Positions 36,483 through 50,784 are shown, counted from the first letter of the stretch. The stretch is DNA of 64,000 bases from Azolla caroliniana (GCA_043228905.1 JBHGNT010000005.1:3224001-3288000), one strand, 5' to 3'. Notes: a model not told the origin generated them from the sequence alone. Translations and numbers: made by a program.

Positions 36483-37165
36483 TTAGTGTTTGGAGGTCGT
36501 TGAGGAAGACACAAGGGCAGCAGCGGCTGCTGCTCGTCCACGCATGTCCTCCAAAAATACACCATAGTTCCTTGACGATGATCCTGACGCCCCATCCGCA
36601 CCAGTGGCAGTTATGGCTGACCTCCTCACATCTTCACATCCCCGCCTCACCTCCGTGTCTTCCCTCATCACCTCCCTCACTAACCTCGCCACCTCCCCTG
36701 CCCTCGCCCCCCCTCTATCCTCACACCCACCTTACCTTCCACACCTCCGTCACGTAGTGCGCGTTCATCCTCTGCTCCGCAAACCCGACCGCCCTCGCCA
36801 ATATCGGGACTCCTGCGGTAATACTCTCCAAGACAGAATTCCACCCGCAGTGCAAAAGGAAAGCCCCCACCGAAGGGTGGTTTAGTGCCTCTAGTTGTGG
36901 TGCCCATGGGACCACCCGGTAGTGTTGGAGTAATTCCGGTGAGGCAGTCTCCGGGTTCAGCTCCGCACAGAGGGCTGTGAGCGGAGCACCACCCTGGTCT
37001 GACCGAACTGCCCACATGAATGGCACACCGCTGTCTTTTATGCCCTTGACTAGGTTGGCAAGCTCACCCTCCGACAAGTTTGCAAGGCTGCCATATGCTA
37101 TGTAAAGTACAGAGCCTGGTGGATGTGTGGACAACCAGCTGTTGCAGAAGCAGTCCTCAGTCCTT
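36483..37165 (-). pseudogene. 3' half of a paralogous UGT (5'-truncated, frameshifted)
   Basis: EDCFCNSWLSTHPPGSVLYIAYGS...WAPQLEALNHPSVGAFLLHCGWNS...AEQ; frameshift at ~36725; abuts chromovirus gag at ~37163-37167. Confidence 0.9.
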
Positions 37166-40100
37166 AGTGGCTCAACGTCAGCATGGTTTGCTCCATTGTT
37201 GGAAAAGGAATCTCCATTACTAAACAATTTTGAAGAATTTATAAGTGAGTTTAAGGCCTGTTTTGGAGATACTGACAGCATAAGGACTGCAATCAACAAA
37301 ATCCGGCGATTACGCCAAGGTGACCGTCCAGCCTCCTCATACGCTGAAGATTTCTGCCTACTCGTTGCCGATATCCCTTGGGATGATCACGCATTGATGG
37401 AGCAATTTCGTTATGGCTTACACAACAATGTCAAGGATTTACTCTTGACCTTCCCCGAAGAGCCGAAGTCATTAACAGAAGCAATCAGTCGCGCGTTAAG
37501 ATGCGACAACTGCCTCTTCGAACGACGTTCGGAATGACAATTCTAGATTCCGAGGGCAAGATCAGAGCCTACCTACACCTCAGTGGTAGCGAAACCTTTT
37601 CCGAGGGAGTCATATAATGCGCCTCCAGTAAGTACTCCAACTTCGATGGAAATTCAAACCACACGTCGTCGTGGACCGCTATCGGAAGAAGAAAATCAAC
37701 GACGCTGAGCAAACCGACTATATGTCTTTATTGCGGTGGACCAGGGCATATCGCGGTAAACTGTCCCCGTAGGCCAAGAAGGCAGGTAAACCAAATAGTT
37801 GCTAGTTCTGATTGTACTAAACCCGAGTCTATTTCAGTAGGGATATCTGATAGTCCTGACTCCTAATAGTATTAATAGCCCAAATCTAGTGAACAAATTT
37901 GATGTCCTTAGTCAGTTAAAAGAAGAGTTAAACAACTAAGTCTAGCCAAAATAGGAGCCGTTTGGTTGGACAACCCTAGATCTGTGCAGCCCATTAGTGG
38001 TTCCATTCCCTCTAAGCAAGTTAGCAATGTGTTCGTAGCCCAAGTAACAGTTAGTACTAAAAGTACCCCTCCAGTACATGTCTTAGCACTTCTAGATTCC
38101 GGAGCTAATTCTTGCTTCATGGATAGGAACTTTGCCCAAGCTCATCAAATATCACTCAGAAAACTCCCATGTCGAGCCTCTGTAGTAGTCATTGATGGTC
38201 GTCCCATTGCTTCCAGAAATATCATAGAAGAGTTAGAGTCCATTAATATTGTCCTAGATAATCTAGCATGTGTAGTATCATTTAATATAATTAGCATCCC
38301 AGAACACCCCATTGTTTTAGGATTACCATGGTTCGAATTACATAACCCAAACATAGATTGGAGAACAAGAGAAATCCAGTATCGAAAATCCCGAGGGTCT
38401 ACTCTTGAGATTGCAACCATTTCGCTACATTAGTTGCGGGAAGAAGGATGCAAGGAAGAAATGTTTCTCTTCGCAATATCAGTAAAGCCCTTAGACACCA
38501 TTAAAGAGGAGTCCACCGTTCAACTTCCAAAGAAGTATCATCATTATGCCGATGTGTTCGATAAAGTACAAGCCAATACGCTTCCTCACCATCGACCGTA
38601 TGATTACCCCATCGATTTACAACCAGGGAAAGAGCCACCATGGGGACCGATCTACAATTTGTCACCAACCGAGCTAGAAGTCCTGCGAGCCTATATAGAG
38701 GAGAATTTGGAAAATGGTTTCATTCGGCATTCGAAATCTCCAGCCGGCACACCCATTTTCTTCGTCAAGAAAAAGGATGGATCATTTCGTCTCGTTGTAG
38801 ATTACCGTGGCTTGAATAAGGTGACAATCAGAAATAGGTATGCACTTCCCTTATCTCAAGTCTTTTAGAACGGATCAATGGTGCCAGGTTCTTCATGAAG
38901 ATCGACTTACGGGGAGGAGCCTATAACCTCGTACGGATCCGACCAGGAGATGAATGGAAGACCGCGTTTCGCACAAGATATGGGCACTTCGAGTATACAG
39001 TCATGTCGTTCGGCCTCACTGATGCGCCAATAGTCTTCCAACACATGGCAAATGATATATTCCGAGATCTCTTGGATGTTTGTTTGATCATCTATTTGGA
39101 TGATCTACTGGTTTATTCGAAGACCCAAGAAGAGCATGATTCTCATGTACTATTAGTACTAACACGACTTCGAGAACAAGGTCTTTATGCAAAGCTGGAA
39201 AAATGTAGTTTTGGGTGTAACCAGGTGGAATTTTTGGGCTATGTCATTTCCTCAGAAGGCATCTCCATGGACCCAGCTAAGGTCAAAACTGTGGTAGAGT
39301 GGCAGACTCCGCGTTCGGTGTGAGATGTGTAATGCTTTTTAGCCTTTGCCAGTTTTTATCGGAAGTTCATATAGGATTACTCAAAGCTCGTTCTGCCTCT
39401 CACACAACTTACTAGGAAGGGACAATTGTTCGTTTGGCCTAAAGAAGCGGACATGGCTTTCGAGAGTCTTAAAAAGACATTTACATCGGCTCCAATTCTA
39501 GCTCATGTCGATCCGGAAAAACCATTCATTATCGAAGCAAACGCATCGGATTTCGCATTGGGGAGCATTCTGTCACAACGGGGTAATGACGAGAAGCTAC
39601 GTCCTGTGGCTTTTCACTCACGCAAGTTTGACGCCGCCAAAATCAACTACAAAATTCATGATAAGGAGCTATTGGCAATAGTGGACTCTTTTACGCAATG
39701 GAGGCATTTTCTAGAGGGATCCTCTCATCAAGTCACCGTATTCAATGACCACAGAAACCTTGCCTACTTTTAGGATGCTCGTGTGTTAAATCGACGTCAA
39801 GCTCGGTGGGCCCACTTCCTCACGCATTTCGACTTCAAAATTACATATCGTCCGGGGAAGCACCAAGGGAAGGCAAATGCATTATCACGGCGTTCGTACC
39901 TAGCACCGCGTCTCAGCGAGCCAACTTTTGATAACCAAAAGCAAGTAATCTTGGGACCGACACAACTGCAAGCAACACAGGTCTTTGGCATGCCAATGGA
40001 TTCCCACGTTATCGATACTATACTTGAGGACTTGAAGACCGATGCTTTCGCCCAAACCATTCTAGCACAAATTGATCCCTCTCAAGTGTTGTCCGCCGGA

Positions 40101-43100
40101 ATAGTAACCGACGGACAAAAGCGTAGGAATAAGAAATAATATAAGATCATAACGCATGTAACGGTTCATGCAGGAAGCGTGAACGACTAAATAGACCCTG
40201 CGTATATAAAGGGCAGAAAACCTCTGATAGAGGGAGCGTGTAAATTTGGGAATGTAAGAAACGTCTCATAATAGAATTCTATCTTCTCTGATTCTCTGTG
40301 TATAGCTACGGCTAATCCGTGTGTAAGAACGTAAGTGTAACCTTTGTTAAGGATTCGGTTGTAGTCGTCTCCCTTATACGCAGATAGGTTACAGGGAACA
40401 TTCCCCTACGCATTACGCTTAGATGCGTATTCGTTGTCCCACACCCACTTGGAGGTCTAGGTCGAAGGATTGACCGCGGACCGTGTTCCTAATCGGCAAC
40501 ACTTTTGACACGCACGGTGATCTGTGTCTTCTCACAGACGAATAACAACGAATGGATGTTTAGCCGCAGACGCCCCAGAGAACCAACATGACAAGACCGG
40601 CCAATAACAAGGTCCGTCACACGCAAGGCAGAAGAACGCACACGACAAAAGTCGCGCCTTAGCAATCTCAGTGCTACCTACTGTGAGTACAAATTCTTCG
40701 CTCTCCAAATACCTCGACGAGACGCTGAGACTATGCTCACCACAGCCACCCAGTGGTCTTTCCTGATCCGCCGTACCCCCCACCATGGCCTTTGCCTACC
40801 CCCGCTTTAACGGCGAAACTGACGCCGCAATGCATATTCGCATGTTCCTGAATGTTTGGAATGCGAACCACATGGCGCAGAGCCTTTCGGAGGTGGTAGC
40901 ACACCAGTCGGAAATGACGGGCGAGCGGCATTTTGGCATTCACAGATGGATTTACCAGCAATAACAACCTTTGATCAGCTGCAGTCCGCGTTCTTGTGAT
41001 TCTTCCATCGGAGGGTTCCACAACGCGAAATCCTCGGACAGTTTTATACGATTAAGCAACTGCTCACAGAGACGATAGCGGACTTCAGCTTACGTTTCCA
41101 AAATTTACGACGGAAATTGGAACGGAGCCCCGCGGAAGTCGAGGCTCGGGAAACATTTCTGGCAACTTTACGCCGTCCCATCCGGGCAACGCTCAACAAC
41201 AATAGCGTGAAAGGGGAAACGACGAATATGGTAATTGAACGAGCGTTACAACTCGAGTTGGATGACGAGGAGGAAAGGTTTTCTATGTCCTGCTTACGAC
41301 AAGCGTTACCTCAGGATGAGGAACGCCACTTTCGTCAAGCAATCCAGTGCACGATTTGCTTGAACTCAGGGCATTCCACAGTGGACTGCAATATGCGAAT
41401 CCACTGCCCAATCTGCCACTCGAAGGCTCACACAGTCGACCAATGCGAGTACAATAAGTTAAACAGAGCCAATCCCGCAATCCGCAGCATGGACACACAA
41501 CGTCAACCACACCGGACTGAACAAAGGAGGCAAGAAGACCGACCCCGGTATAAGGATCGCAAACCACGGGAGGACCGGTACGACTGGAATCACCGAAATC
41601 ACAACAATTCCGAGGAGGACGAACCAGAGGACGAGGATTATCGTGGACATCAAAGGTACGCCAAAGGGGGTCAGCGCTACGAGAATCAACGGCCGACAAA
41701 CAAACGGGGCGGCTTCAATGGTTATCGTGGTAAGCCACGGCAATATCGGGATCACCGGCGTTACGACGAAAGCTCGGGGGATGAGTGGCACCAGGAACAA
41801 CGACGGGACCAACAACAGCCACCGCGTACGTTCCGACAAACGAGGCCGGATCGCGAGGAGCAAGTAGCACTAGGGGAGCGGCACACTCCACCAGTAGCCG
41901 AGAAGGGTGAATCAAGCATCCATTGTTTTATTTGTCAGCAACCCGGACATTATGCCACGCAATGCCCAGCACGCAAGGGAAAGGGGCCGGCTGTCAATAC
42001 GATTACGGCGGAGGTGCAGCAAGTCACGACACGCCAGCAAACAAAAACGGTTGATTGGGTTGCACAAGAAGAGGTACGCCGACAAGCCCAAGCGTGGGTG
42101 GAAAAAGCAAACGTGACAAATACGGAACGTATGCGGAAGGAGTCCGCGAACACAATCGAGCGAGCAGAGGACGAAAGACTGGTCCCAAACCCCATTTGGC
42201 AAGCGTTAGCGGGCTGTGAGATAACGTTAACCATGGAGAAACTGTTGCAGCTAGTCCCACGCTTCCGCCAGACCATGGAAGAACGGGTGACATGCATACT
42301 CGGGGTGAGTATCGCTACAAACCTTGCAGACGTTAGCAGTGGACCGCCAATAGTGGATCAACATAACTCGGCTATTACATTAATATTACACGGACAGGAA
42401 ATACCTGGATGTGTAATCGACGGCAGCTCAGGCGTCAATGTAATTAGCACGAAAACTTGCGAGCAGTTAGGCATTTCAGAATGGGAGGCTTGCCCATTCT
42501 GGCTCCGAATGGCAAATACCCGCTCAGTACGACCATTAGGGTTAATTCGCAAAATCGGCATTATCGTGGGCAGGCACCGATTCGACATCTCGGCGGTCGT
42601 CCTCGCCTTGGACGCCCCAGGGGCATACCCAACGCTTCTGGGCAAACCATGGCTTCGGGTAGCAAATATCAAGCAGAGCTGGCAACACAAGTGTATTAGT
42701 TTCCGACACAGACGCACCAAGGTTCGCGTACCTACGGAAGGAAGCACGCCACAACCGAAGGGTATAACACCATTAAACGCAGAAGATATAAATATGTTGG
42801 CTGGGGTGGACGATGCAGAATTAGAGGCATACCTCGACGAGCACCCTCGGATTATTCCGCTGTTTGAAATAGACGTCATCGCAACCGCAGCAGAATATGC
42901 CACGGCCACTGTTCTCCACGACGAGCCTTACGAACCAAACCCAGAGTCCATATTGGAACTCAGCAGAGCACGGGCGACATTCGAAAGGGAAATGGAGATT
43001 TCACGATGAGTCACAGCTTCCGCCCTTGAAGAAAGTTCTATCAACATAAAATCAATTTAGCAACCAACGCAAAACCCATCCAACAGCGCCGCTACCGCAT

Positions 43101-43891
43101 GAACCCGAACTACGCGACCCGCGTGAAAGAAGAAATTGACAAGCTCCTCAAGGCGGGGTTCATACGACCAGTTAAACAAGCGACATGGTTAAGCCCGATA
43201 GTGGTCGTTCCAAAGAAAAACGGCAAAATACGGGTATGCGTAGATTACCGATAATTAAACGGCGTCACCATTATAGACGCATTTCCCTTACCTTTCACCG
43301 ATAGCGTACTAGACGCCATCGTAGGCCATGAGATGTACAGTTTTTTAGATGGCTTCAGTGGCTATAACCAGGTATGCATGCATCCCAAGGACCAAGAAAA
43401 GACGACATTTGTCACGGACTAGGGAGTATATGTGGCAGTCGTCATGATGTTCGGGCTAAAGACGACGTTGGCAACATTTCAACGGACAATTACGGAGATC
43501 TTTGGGGAATACATTCCGGCGTTCATGCAAGTTTTTTTTAGACGACTTTGCGGTTTATGGGAGAACAATAGACCATTTTTCGCACTTACAACTGTGCCTG
43601 GAACGTTGCCGCACTGCACGCTTAAGCCTGAATCCCACGAAATGTGCTTTCGGCGTGACCAGCGGGACTCTCTTGGGCCATATAGTCAGCAAGGAGGGAA
43701 TAGCAGTTGACCCGAACAAAATCTCCACGATTACGCAAGCCAACACTCTGACAAACGCCAAATCACTCAGCCGGTTTTTGGGACAAATATGGTGGCATAG
43801 TCGGATGATACGGTATTTGGCGGACTTCGCCACGCTGTTACACGCTGCCGTACATCGGACTCCTTTCCAATGGACTGCAATGGAGGATAAG

Positions 43892-44717
43892 TGTTAGGAA
43901 ACAGGTCCCTCCGGATGGGAAGTGAAAAGGACAGTGATGATGAGCAAACTCGAATGTGGAGTACCCGGGCCTCGGCCGAAACCAGATGTGGAGTATCCGG
44001 CTACAGAAGACCCGGTGAGAACCGGATGACGAGTACCCTGCAAGAGCCGGATGGTGAAGACCCGGTGAGAACCGGATGTGGAGTACCCGGCAACGGAAGA
44101 CCCAGTGAGAACCGGTTGACGTGTACCCGGCAAGAGCCGGATGGTGAAGACCTGGTGAGAACCGGATGTGGAGTACTCGGCAACGGAAGACCCGGTGAGA
44201 ACCAGATGACGTGTGCCCGACAAGCGCCGGATGATGCAGGCCCGGTGAGGAGTGCTCACCGGATGAAGGGACATATTCGTAAATATGTTTCTGAGAGTCT
44301 ATCAGGGTTATATTTGTAAATAGCCGAAAAGACATATTAGTATAAATATGACTTAGGGCAAACTTTATGTCTGTTGTTGTCATTTCTTGTTGGTGCAAGA
44401 TTTGAGAGCGTAACCGTGTACAGAGAGAGAGAGAGAGAGAGAGAGGAAGAGGTCGTTGCCTCTATTGTAACCGCCGCCTGTGGCGAAGATAGAAAGCTCG
44501 AGGTTGTTGCCTCGGTGCTTTACTGTTGTACATTGTAACATAGTGATAGTTTGCAGCCTGTGGGCTGCCGTGGTTTTTCCCTAGTTTGGGTTTTCCACGT
44601 AGACATCTTGTGTACTCTTCTCTTCACTATGTCGTGCATTCATTATCCGTTTTCTGTGTTTGATCGTAGCCTCGGTTGTGGCCAAGCGTTGTGCTTAGGG
44701 AGCGTGTGTTCCTGTCA
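43892..44717 (+). mobile_element. Solo LTR (826 bp) related to the copia family, with a ~90-bp x3 internal array
   Basis: TG...CA; TSD ATAAG (43887-43891, 44718-44722). Shares GTCCCTCCGGATGGG, GACTTAGGGCAAAC and CCGCCGCCTGTGGCG with the LTRs at 23258 and 27890. Confidence 0.9.
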
Positions 44718-46672
44718 ATAAGCCCTACGAGGCACTTAAGATAATGCTCACACAGGCTCCTGTCGTACAACCACCAGTTTGGGCGAAGCAATTCCACGTG
44801 TTCGTCGACGCCTCAGACATAGCAATAGGAAGTGCACTAATGCAGCTCACCGAACCAAGCTGGTACCGGCCAGTATACTACGCTAGTCGCAAATTATCAA
44901 CAGCAGAGCGTAACTACTCCACAATGGAGCGAGAGGCGCTAGGGATGATCTATAGCATCAATAAATTTTGGCACTATTTATTAGGAAGGAAATTCACGTT
45001 CCACGTGGATCATTCGGCATGACTATATTTGGTGGAGAAACAAGCCCTGACAGGGAAATTGGCGCGGTGGATGCTGTTGCTCTAGGAATTCGATTTCGTA
45101 ATCCAACACCGACTAGGGACGCAACACGCAGTGGCGGATTTTTTGAGCAGACTCGAGAATGGAGAAACAGTATAGAAAGACGACGATGATTTTCCGGACG
45201 CCGATATCCTACGGGTAGTGACACTAGCAGAAAGAACGGAATCGACCTTTCCAGACCGATGGCTTATGGAAATGACGTACTTTTTGACTACGAGACTACC
45301 TCCACCACAATTACCACGGACGAGAAGAAATGACTAGCCGTTTGAAGCCGTCACTTCTGCCTCATCGAAGGCGTTTTATATCACAAAGGAAGTGACGGCA
45401 TTTAGTGACGTGGGGTACGACAAGATGAGAAGGAAGCAGTTTTACGGGAGGCACACTGCGGCACGACAAGCGGCCATTATGCGGGCGATGTTACAACCCG
45501 GGAAGTATGGCAGGCGGGCCTATGGTGGCTAACAACGCAGAAGGACGCATCCGCGTATTGTAGAAAGTGTGATTTGTGTCAACGGATGGGACAACCCACG
45601 AAGGGCACAAGGATGCCACACCAGCCCGTATTACCGCTAGACCCCTTCCAAAAGTGGGGATTGGATTTTGTGGGGCCCTTCACACCGACGACAATTCGTA
45701 CATGCAATAAATACATATTGGTAGCCACGGATTATTGCACAAAATGGGTAAAAGCAAAGGCACTACGTGAAAATATGGCGGCCGTCACAGCCAGATTCCT
45801 TTACGAGCACATCTGGTGCTGGTTTGGCTGTCCGATTGAGCTTATCAGTGACCAGGGTAGCCACTTCCTCAATACGGTTTTTCGAGAATTAACACATCAT
45901 TAAGCCGTAGTTCATAAGAAGAGTACGCCATATTATCCGTAGGCGAATGGATTAGCAGAATCCACCAACAAGACGTTGTAAACCGTTTTGAAGAAAATCG
46001 TCAATGAAAATAGAACGGATTGGGATACCAAACTACAGAGTGCGTTATGGGCGTACAGAACCAACTACAAAACAAGCATACAGTCAACACCGTTTCGACT
46101 AGCGTTTGGGCTGGAGGCTGTGATGCCGGTCGAATTTCAGGTACCGAGTTTGCGAATTCATGTACAGAACCGACTATCAGAAGCCAAGTCGGAGGAGGTA
46201 CGGCTCCACCAACACCTCGAACTAGGGGAAAAACGCATCCACAACATGGCAGTGTTGGAACAAGAACAACGACGGCGTAAAGCGTTTGTGGATCGACATC
46301 AGAATGCAAGGGAAAAAGAGTTCGCCATGGGTCGAGCAGTGGAAGTTACGAATCCGTTGGACCGGCCCATACTGGATAATTGGAGCGGAACAAGGCACGT
46401 TCCAACTAGGTACGCTGGCCGGGGAAGTAGTCCGGCAAAAGGTGAATGGGTTTCGGCTCAAACCTTACCTGGGCCCTACGCCACCGAACCCATTCACCGC
46501 CGAACAGGACAGAGCCGGAGACCCGCATCGTAAATGAGCGGCCCCACTTGTACCATAACGTAAAAATAGGTTGTAGATAACCGTTACGAAAAAAAAAAAC
46601 CGAGAAGATAGCGACTATTAGAACGACTAAAGACATGCACAAACTCCTAGTTCAAGAACACGAGGCACCACG

Positions 46673-49554
46673 ATGGCTCACCGCCCAATGAAACCTAAGC
46701 CACAAAAAGAAGGAAACAGAAGATTTTCTGCACAAAACAGAAACTCATCTTCTAGCTATCAGCGCTTCCATCGCTCCTCCCCCTCACCTTCTCCTCCATC
46801 CTATCACATAGCTACAGCCCACTGCAACCACCAATATCCTTCCCACGAACCTCCTCTGGCGATGACGATCTTCATCTCTACTGCCTTACGCCGATGGCTC
46901 GTGGAGAAACGCCTGGATGGGTACTTCCGGGTCGCAGAAGCACCCCCACACCCGGATGCCATGGACATCACCAAGAAGCTTAACATCGACACGGTCACCA
47001 ACTCCTCCATTCGGAAGAAGTTGGACCTGTCATCACTAGGCAAAAGGCATTTCGACATCCCTCCTGTAGAGGTGTTGCAGCGATATTTCGGGCCATATTC
47101 CTCCTCCGCCAAGGCCTATAGAACCAAGCAGATTCCGGATCCCTTCTTCCGTGAAGTTGCCAAGTTCCTGCTAGAAGTCGGCTGCGTACATGTCAACGCA
47201 TATGGGATGCCTAAGCAGAAGGCATGCATCATTATTGATACCTTTGAGGGGCACGCGGTCGATTGGGGGGTCATCACAGGACCGACGTTAAGGGAAGGCC
47301 TGCATGCATACCATGCAAGCAAAAAACTCAGGCCGATCATACAACAGTACCTTACGATACTATTTCCACCCCGAGGCCTGCCGGCACCGCAGCCCAACCG
47401 GCCCACGCCCCCGCCCCGATCCGCCAAGCGCAGGTTAGCGGAGTTATCGGCCCCAAAGTGGGAAGAGGAACCCCAAACCGCCCAGCCTGACCCAAGGACA
47501 ACACCACCTACCGACCAGTCGGACACACGGACAACGCAGGAGGAACAACCGGCACGTTCCATGGAGGCAGCCCTAGAGCCAGACACCGAAACACGGCAGG
47601 ATAGCCCTAGACCGAAACAACGTAGATTGGACAGGAAAGATGGGCGGGGGTTGGTCAAAAACGTTTCCACGGCGACAGAAACACCGATCGAAGGCGATGG
47701 CTCCTCAGCTACCACCTTCGAAATCATCCGGGAGCCACGACCGATCATTACGACCTAGTCCCAACGAGGGAAAGCCGTATTGACGGCGAAAAGCGAGATT
47801 TTGGAATATCCGGATATCCCGGATACGACACATGAGTTCAACACCCTCTTACAATTCGGCACTTCTTTTGAGTTCATGGAGTTCTTGGCAAAACAACAGG
47901 TAAAAGCTGCCCAACGAATGGCCGAAGAGCATGCGGAATGCCAAATGATTGAGCGCGCCCTAACACAAACCATGGAGAGCGACGATGAGGACCAGTTAGC
48001 CAGGGTCGGCAGACAGAGGAACGTTGGGGTACGCCGAGTGGGGATGGAGATACCCCCATTAAACACGGCCCTAGTTGAAGTCCATCGGGAACTGGCAAAG
48101 ATCAGCACGGGCGCCAAGGAGATGGCCATAAAAAATAAGAATGTCTGGAAAAAGGTGAAATTGACCCAAGTTGAAATACAAAAAGCCAACGAACGCATCG
48201 TGGAGTTGGAAGCTCACGCGGCTACGGCGCAACACGCAACTTTGCCACCAAACCAAGCCATCGACGCTTTAAAGGAAGAAATTGAGGCTCAGACCGCCAT
48301 CGCCTCAAAAGCGAAAAGGGTCGTGCAACTAGCGGAATCAGAAATTGACCGCCTTCGAGCAGAACTACGCCAATCCTCAGACAAAGAAAAGCAGATACGG
48401 GCTAACGGCCGGAGGGCAGTAAAAACCCTTGAAGAGAAACTCGCTACGGAGGTAGCTCAGCACATTCGGACAAAAGACGACAACGCCCAATTACAAGAGG
48501 ACGCGAAGAAATCGGAGGCGGCAAGTTGGTGGTCGAACAAGACGGAAGGCATCAGCTCGAAATCCGCCTAAACAATGAAATGGGGAAATTAGATGAACAA
48601 CATGCAAAGGAATCCCAGCTGTGGGCGGGCCTGAAGGCCACGTACGAGGAAGCGGCGGCGGTTGAACAACAAGAAATCGCAAATCTCCAGAAGTCGATGG
48701 AAGACGCACGCAACTGTTGCTAGACCATCACAGATAACATGTGTATCCTTCTCCAAACAAATCGGGAGAGGTTCACAGCGCAATTGAAAACGGCGTTGGA
48801 CAAAGGATGGATGGCATGGGCAACCCAAGCAGTGGAATTGCACACGTATCGTGTGGACTGGGAGAACTGGTGAAAAGACGGTCGAGGTTTCAATAAACTA
48901 AATGAGGAGAGCATTGTGGCCGTACGAGAGGACCTAGCGCAAGACTATTGTGCGCTAGCGGACCAAGACTCCGAAGAACTCGCGCAGCTCTTAGATGATT
49001 TTGGTGAAAGCCAGGAGGAGCTATTTCACCAGATCACACAAGTCGGCAACACGCGCACAAACGAGGAATCCAACGCGACGCCAATTCCGGGCATGGCCGA
49101 AGAAGAGGAACCTCAGGCCCGATCACCAGAAATAACAACGATGGAGAACAACGGGGACCGACGAGCGGAGTTCCCCACAGGACCAGACAACGAAACCACT
49201 GCACAAAAAGAGGTTCATCCGCACGAGCCCACGCTATCATCAGACCACACGGAGAACGGTGCAGGCCAGGCGGAATCTCCGCCCCACTCCCCGAAACGTA
49301 ACACCACGGAGGACGTAACAATGGAGGTAGAGCCGCAGCCGATTGCAAGCACGACAACGGCGGAGCCCAACCCACTAGCTCAAGAAGAGCCCATCGTACC
49401 CGAACTGCCCACACACGGCGACTGTGACTCTGGGAGAAACCAACCCGACCAAACAAGGGAGCCACACCACGATGCACCTACGGGCCCTACGTCACCTCCG
49501 AACGCGGACGCCGCAGCAAAGCCAAACATCCGGGCCATTTTGGAAGAGGATTAA
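46673..49554 (+). pseudogene. Additional ORF of the gypsy element (~900 codons: globular N-terminus, charged helical region, Pro/Glu-rich tail)
   Basis: ORFs 46673-47758 and 47780-48571 are in one frame separated by one TAG. After a frameshift the reading continues through 48526-48723 and 48916-49554, ending just before the 3' LTR. Confidence 0.7.
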
Positions 49555-49950
49555 CGGGATGGGTCCGACGTGCCAGGGCACTGTCCCACAGGTGTGCCAG
49601 GTGTTGTCCGCCGGAATAGTAACCGACGGACAAAAGCGTAGGAATAAGAAATAATATAAGATCATAACGCATGTAACGGTTCACACAGGAAGCGTGAACG
49701 GCTAAATAGACCCTGCGTATATAAAGGGCAGAAAACCTCTGATAGAGGGAGCATGTAAATTTAGGAATGTAAGAAACGTCTCATAATAGAATTCTATCTT
49801 CTCTGATTCTCTGTGTATAGCTACGACTAATCCACTATGTATATCTTGAAGACTTAAGCGTGTAAGAATGTAAGTGTAACCTTTGCTAAGGATTCGGTTG
49901 TAGCCGTCTCCCTTATACACAGATAGGTTACAGGGAACATTCCCCTACGT

Positions 49951-50784
49951 TGTCGTGAAGAATTTCGGCCAGAGGCGGAAACTGGGAAATGTTGGCTACA
50001 TCGGCGGGGTGCGGCATGCGCTCTCACCTTTGTACATTTAGTGTGAATAACGAGGGCACCTTTATGGCGCCGAACAATAGTTAAGTCGGGATTTATCCCA
50101 CATTGTAACGCATCCCTCTCCTTGTTCTATAAAAGGGAGGGAGCGCCCCTCTTCGAGGGGGTTGCCCATTTTTTAGTCTTAAGGGTATATACCGTTTTGT
50201 GTTTCTTTCTAGGGTTAGCGACATCCTTTCTCTTCTTCTTTCTTTTTGCTTCTTCTCAAGGAGTCGAGCAGTAGCTATGGCGGGAAAGCTATTAGGTTAA
50301 CTCTTCTTCTCCTATGCGTACCCGGCTCGCGGCCAGGGTTATATCTCTCCCTGTTGCAGCTTGCTTCAGCTCGGCCTCTTGCACAAGACCTCGCTCAGCA
50401 CGACAAGCCCGTGAGCTCCCCGATCGGCGGCTTGGCAGCAGACCGCTGTCGTAACCTACCTTGGTCTGGCTCGAAGCCGGGGATGTATTTTGTTTCTTGT
50501 AATATATACATTTGCGTCTGTCTGTGCATATTCGTGTCTCTGTTGGTGTCGGGTGCTTCCCTTCCCTGCGTTTCCTGTACATAAGGGCGTGAGTTGGGTC
50601 GGCGTGGTGTGTGTGCGTGCGTGTGTGAGTCGGTGTCAAGCGCGCGCTCCCCCCTCTTTTCCTTTCTCTCTCATTTGGTTGCTTCCGGAAAGCGTCCGGA
50701 ATCGTCTTCTCGGCTTCCCTCCTTCCCTCGTTCGAGACCCCCGTGGTCCCGCCCTTCTACACGCACGCGCATAACAACGCGACA
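49951..50784 (+). mobile_element. Solo LTR (834 bp) inserted in the 3' LTR of the gypsy element
   Basis: TGTCGTG...CGCGACA; TSD ACGT/ACGC. The empty site CCCCTACGCATT is seen in the 5' LTR at ~40403; TATA at ~50128. Confidence 0.85.

Noticed and set aside
22573-37167. The insert in gag as a Helitron or TIR element
   Set aside because: No TC...CTRR ends with hairpin, no TIRs and no TSD at the junctions.
36721-37537. ORFs 36721-37299 (-) and 37127-37537 (+) as novel fusion genes
   Set aside because: Both merely read through the UGT/gag junction; the UGT part is frameshifted and gag has downstream stops.
43838-44398. Repetitive 186-aa and 142-aa ORFs
   Set aside because: Translations of a 90-bp tandem array inside a solo LTR.
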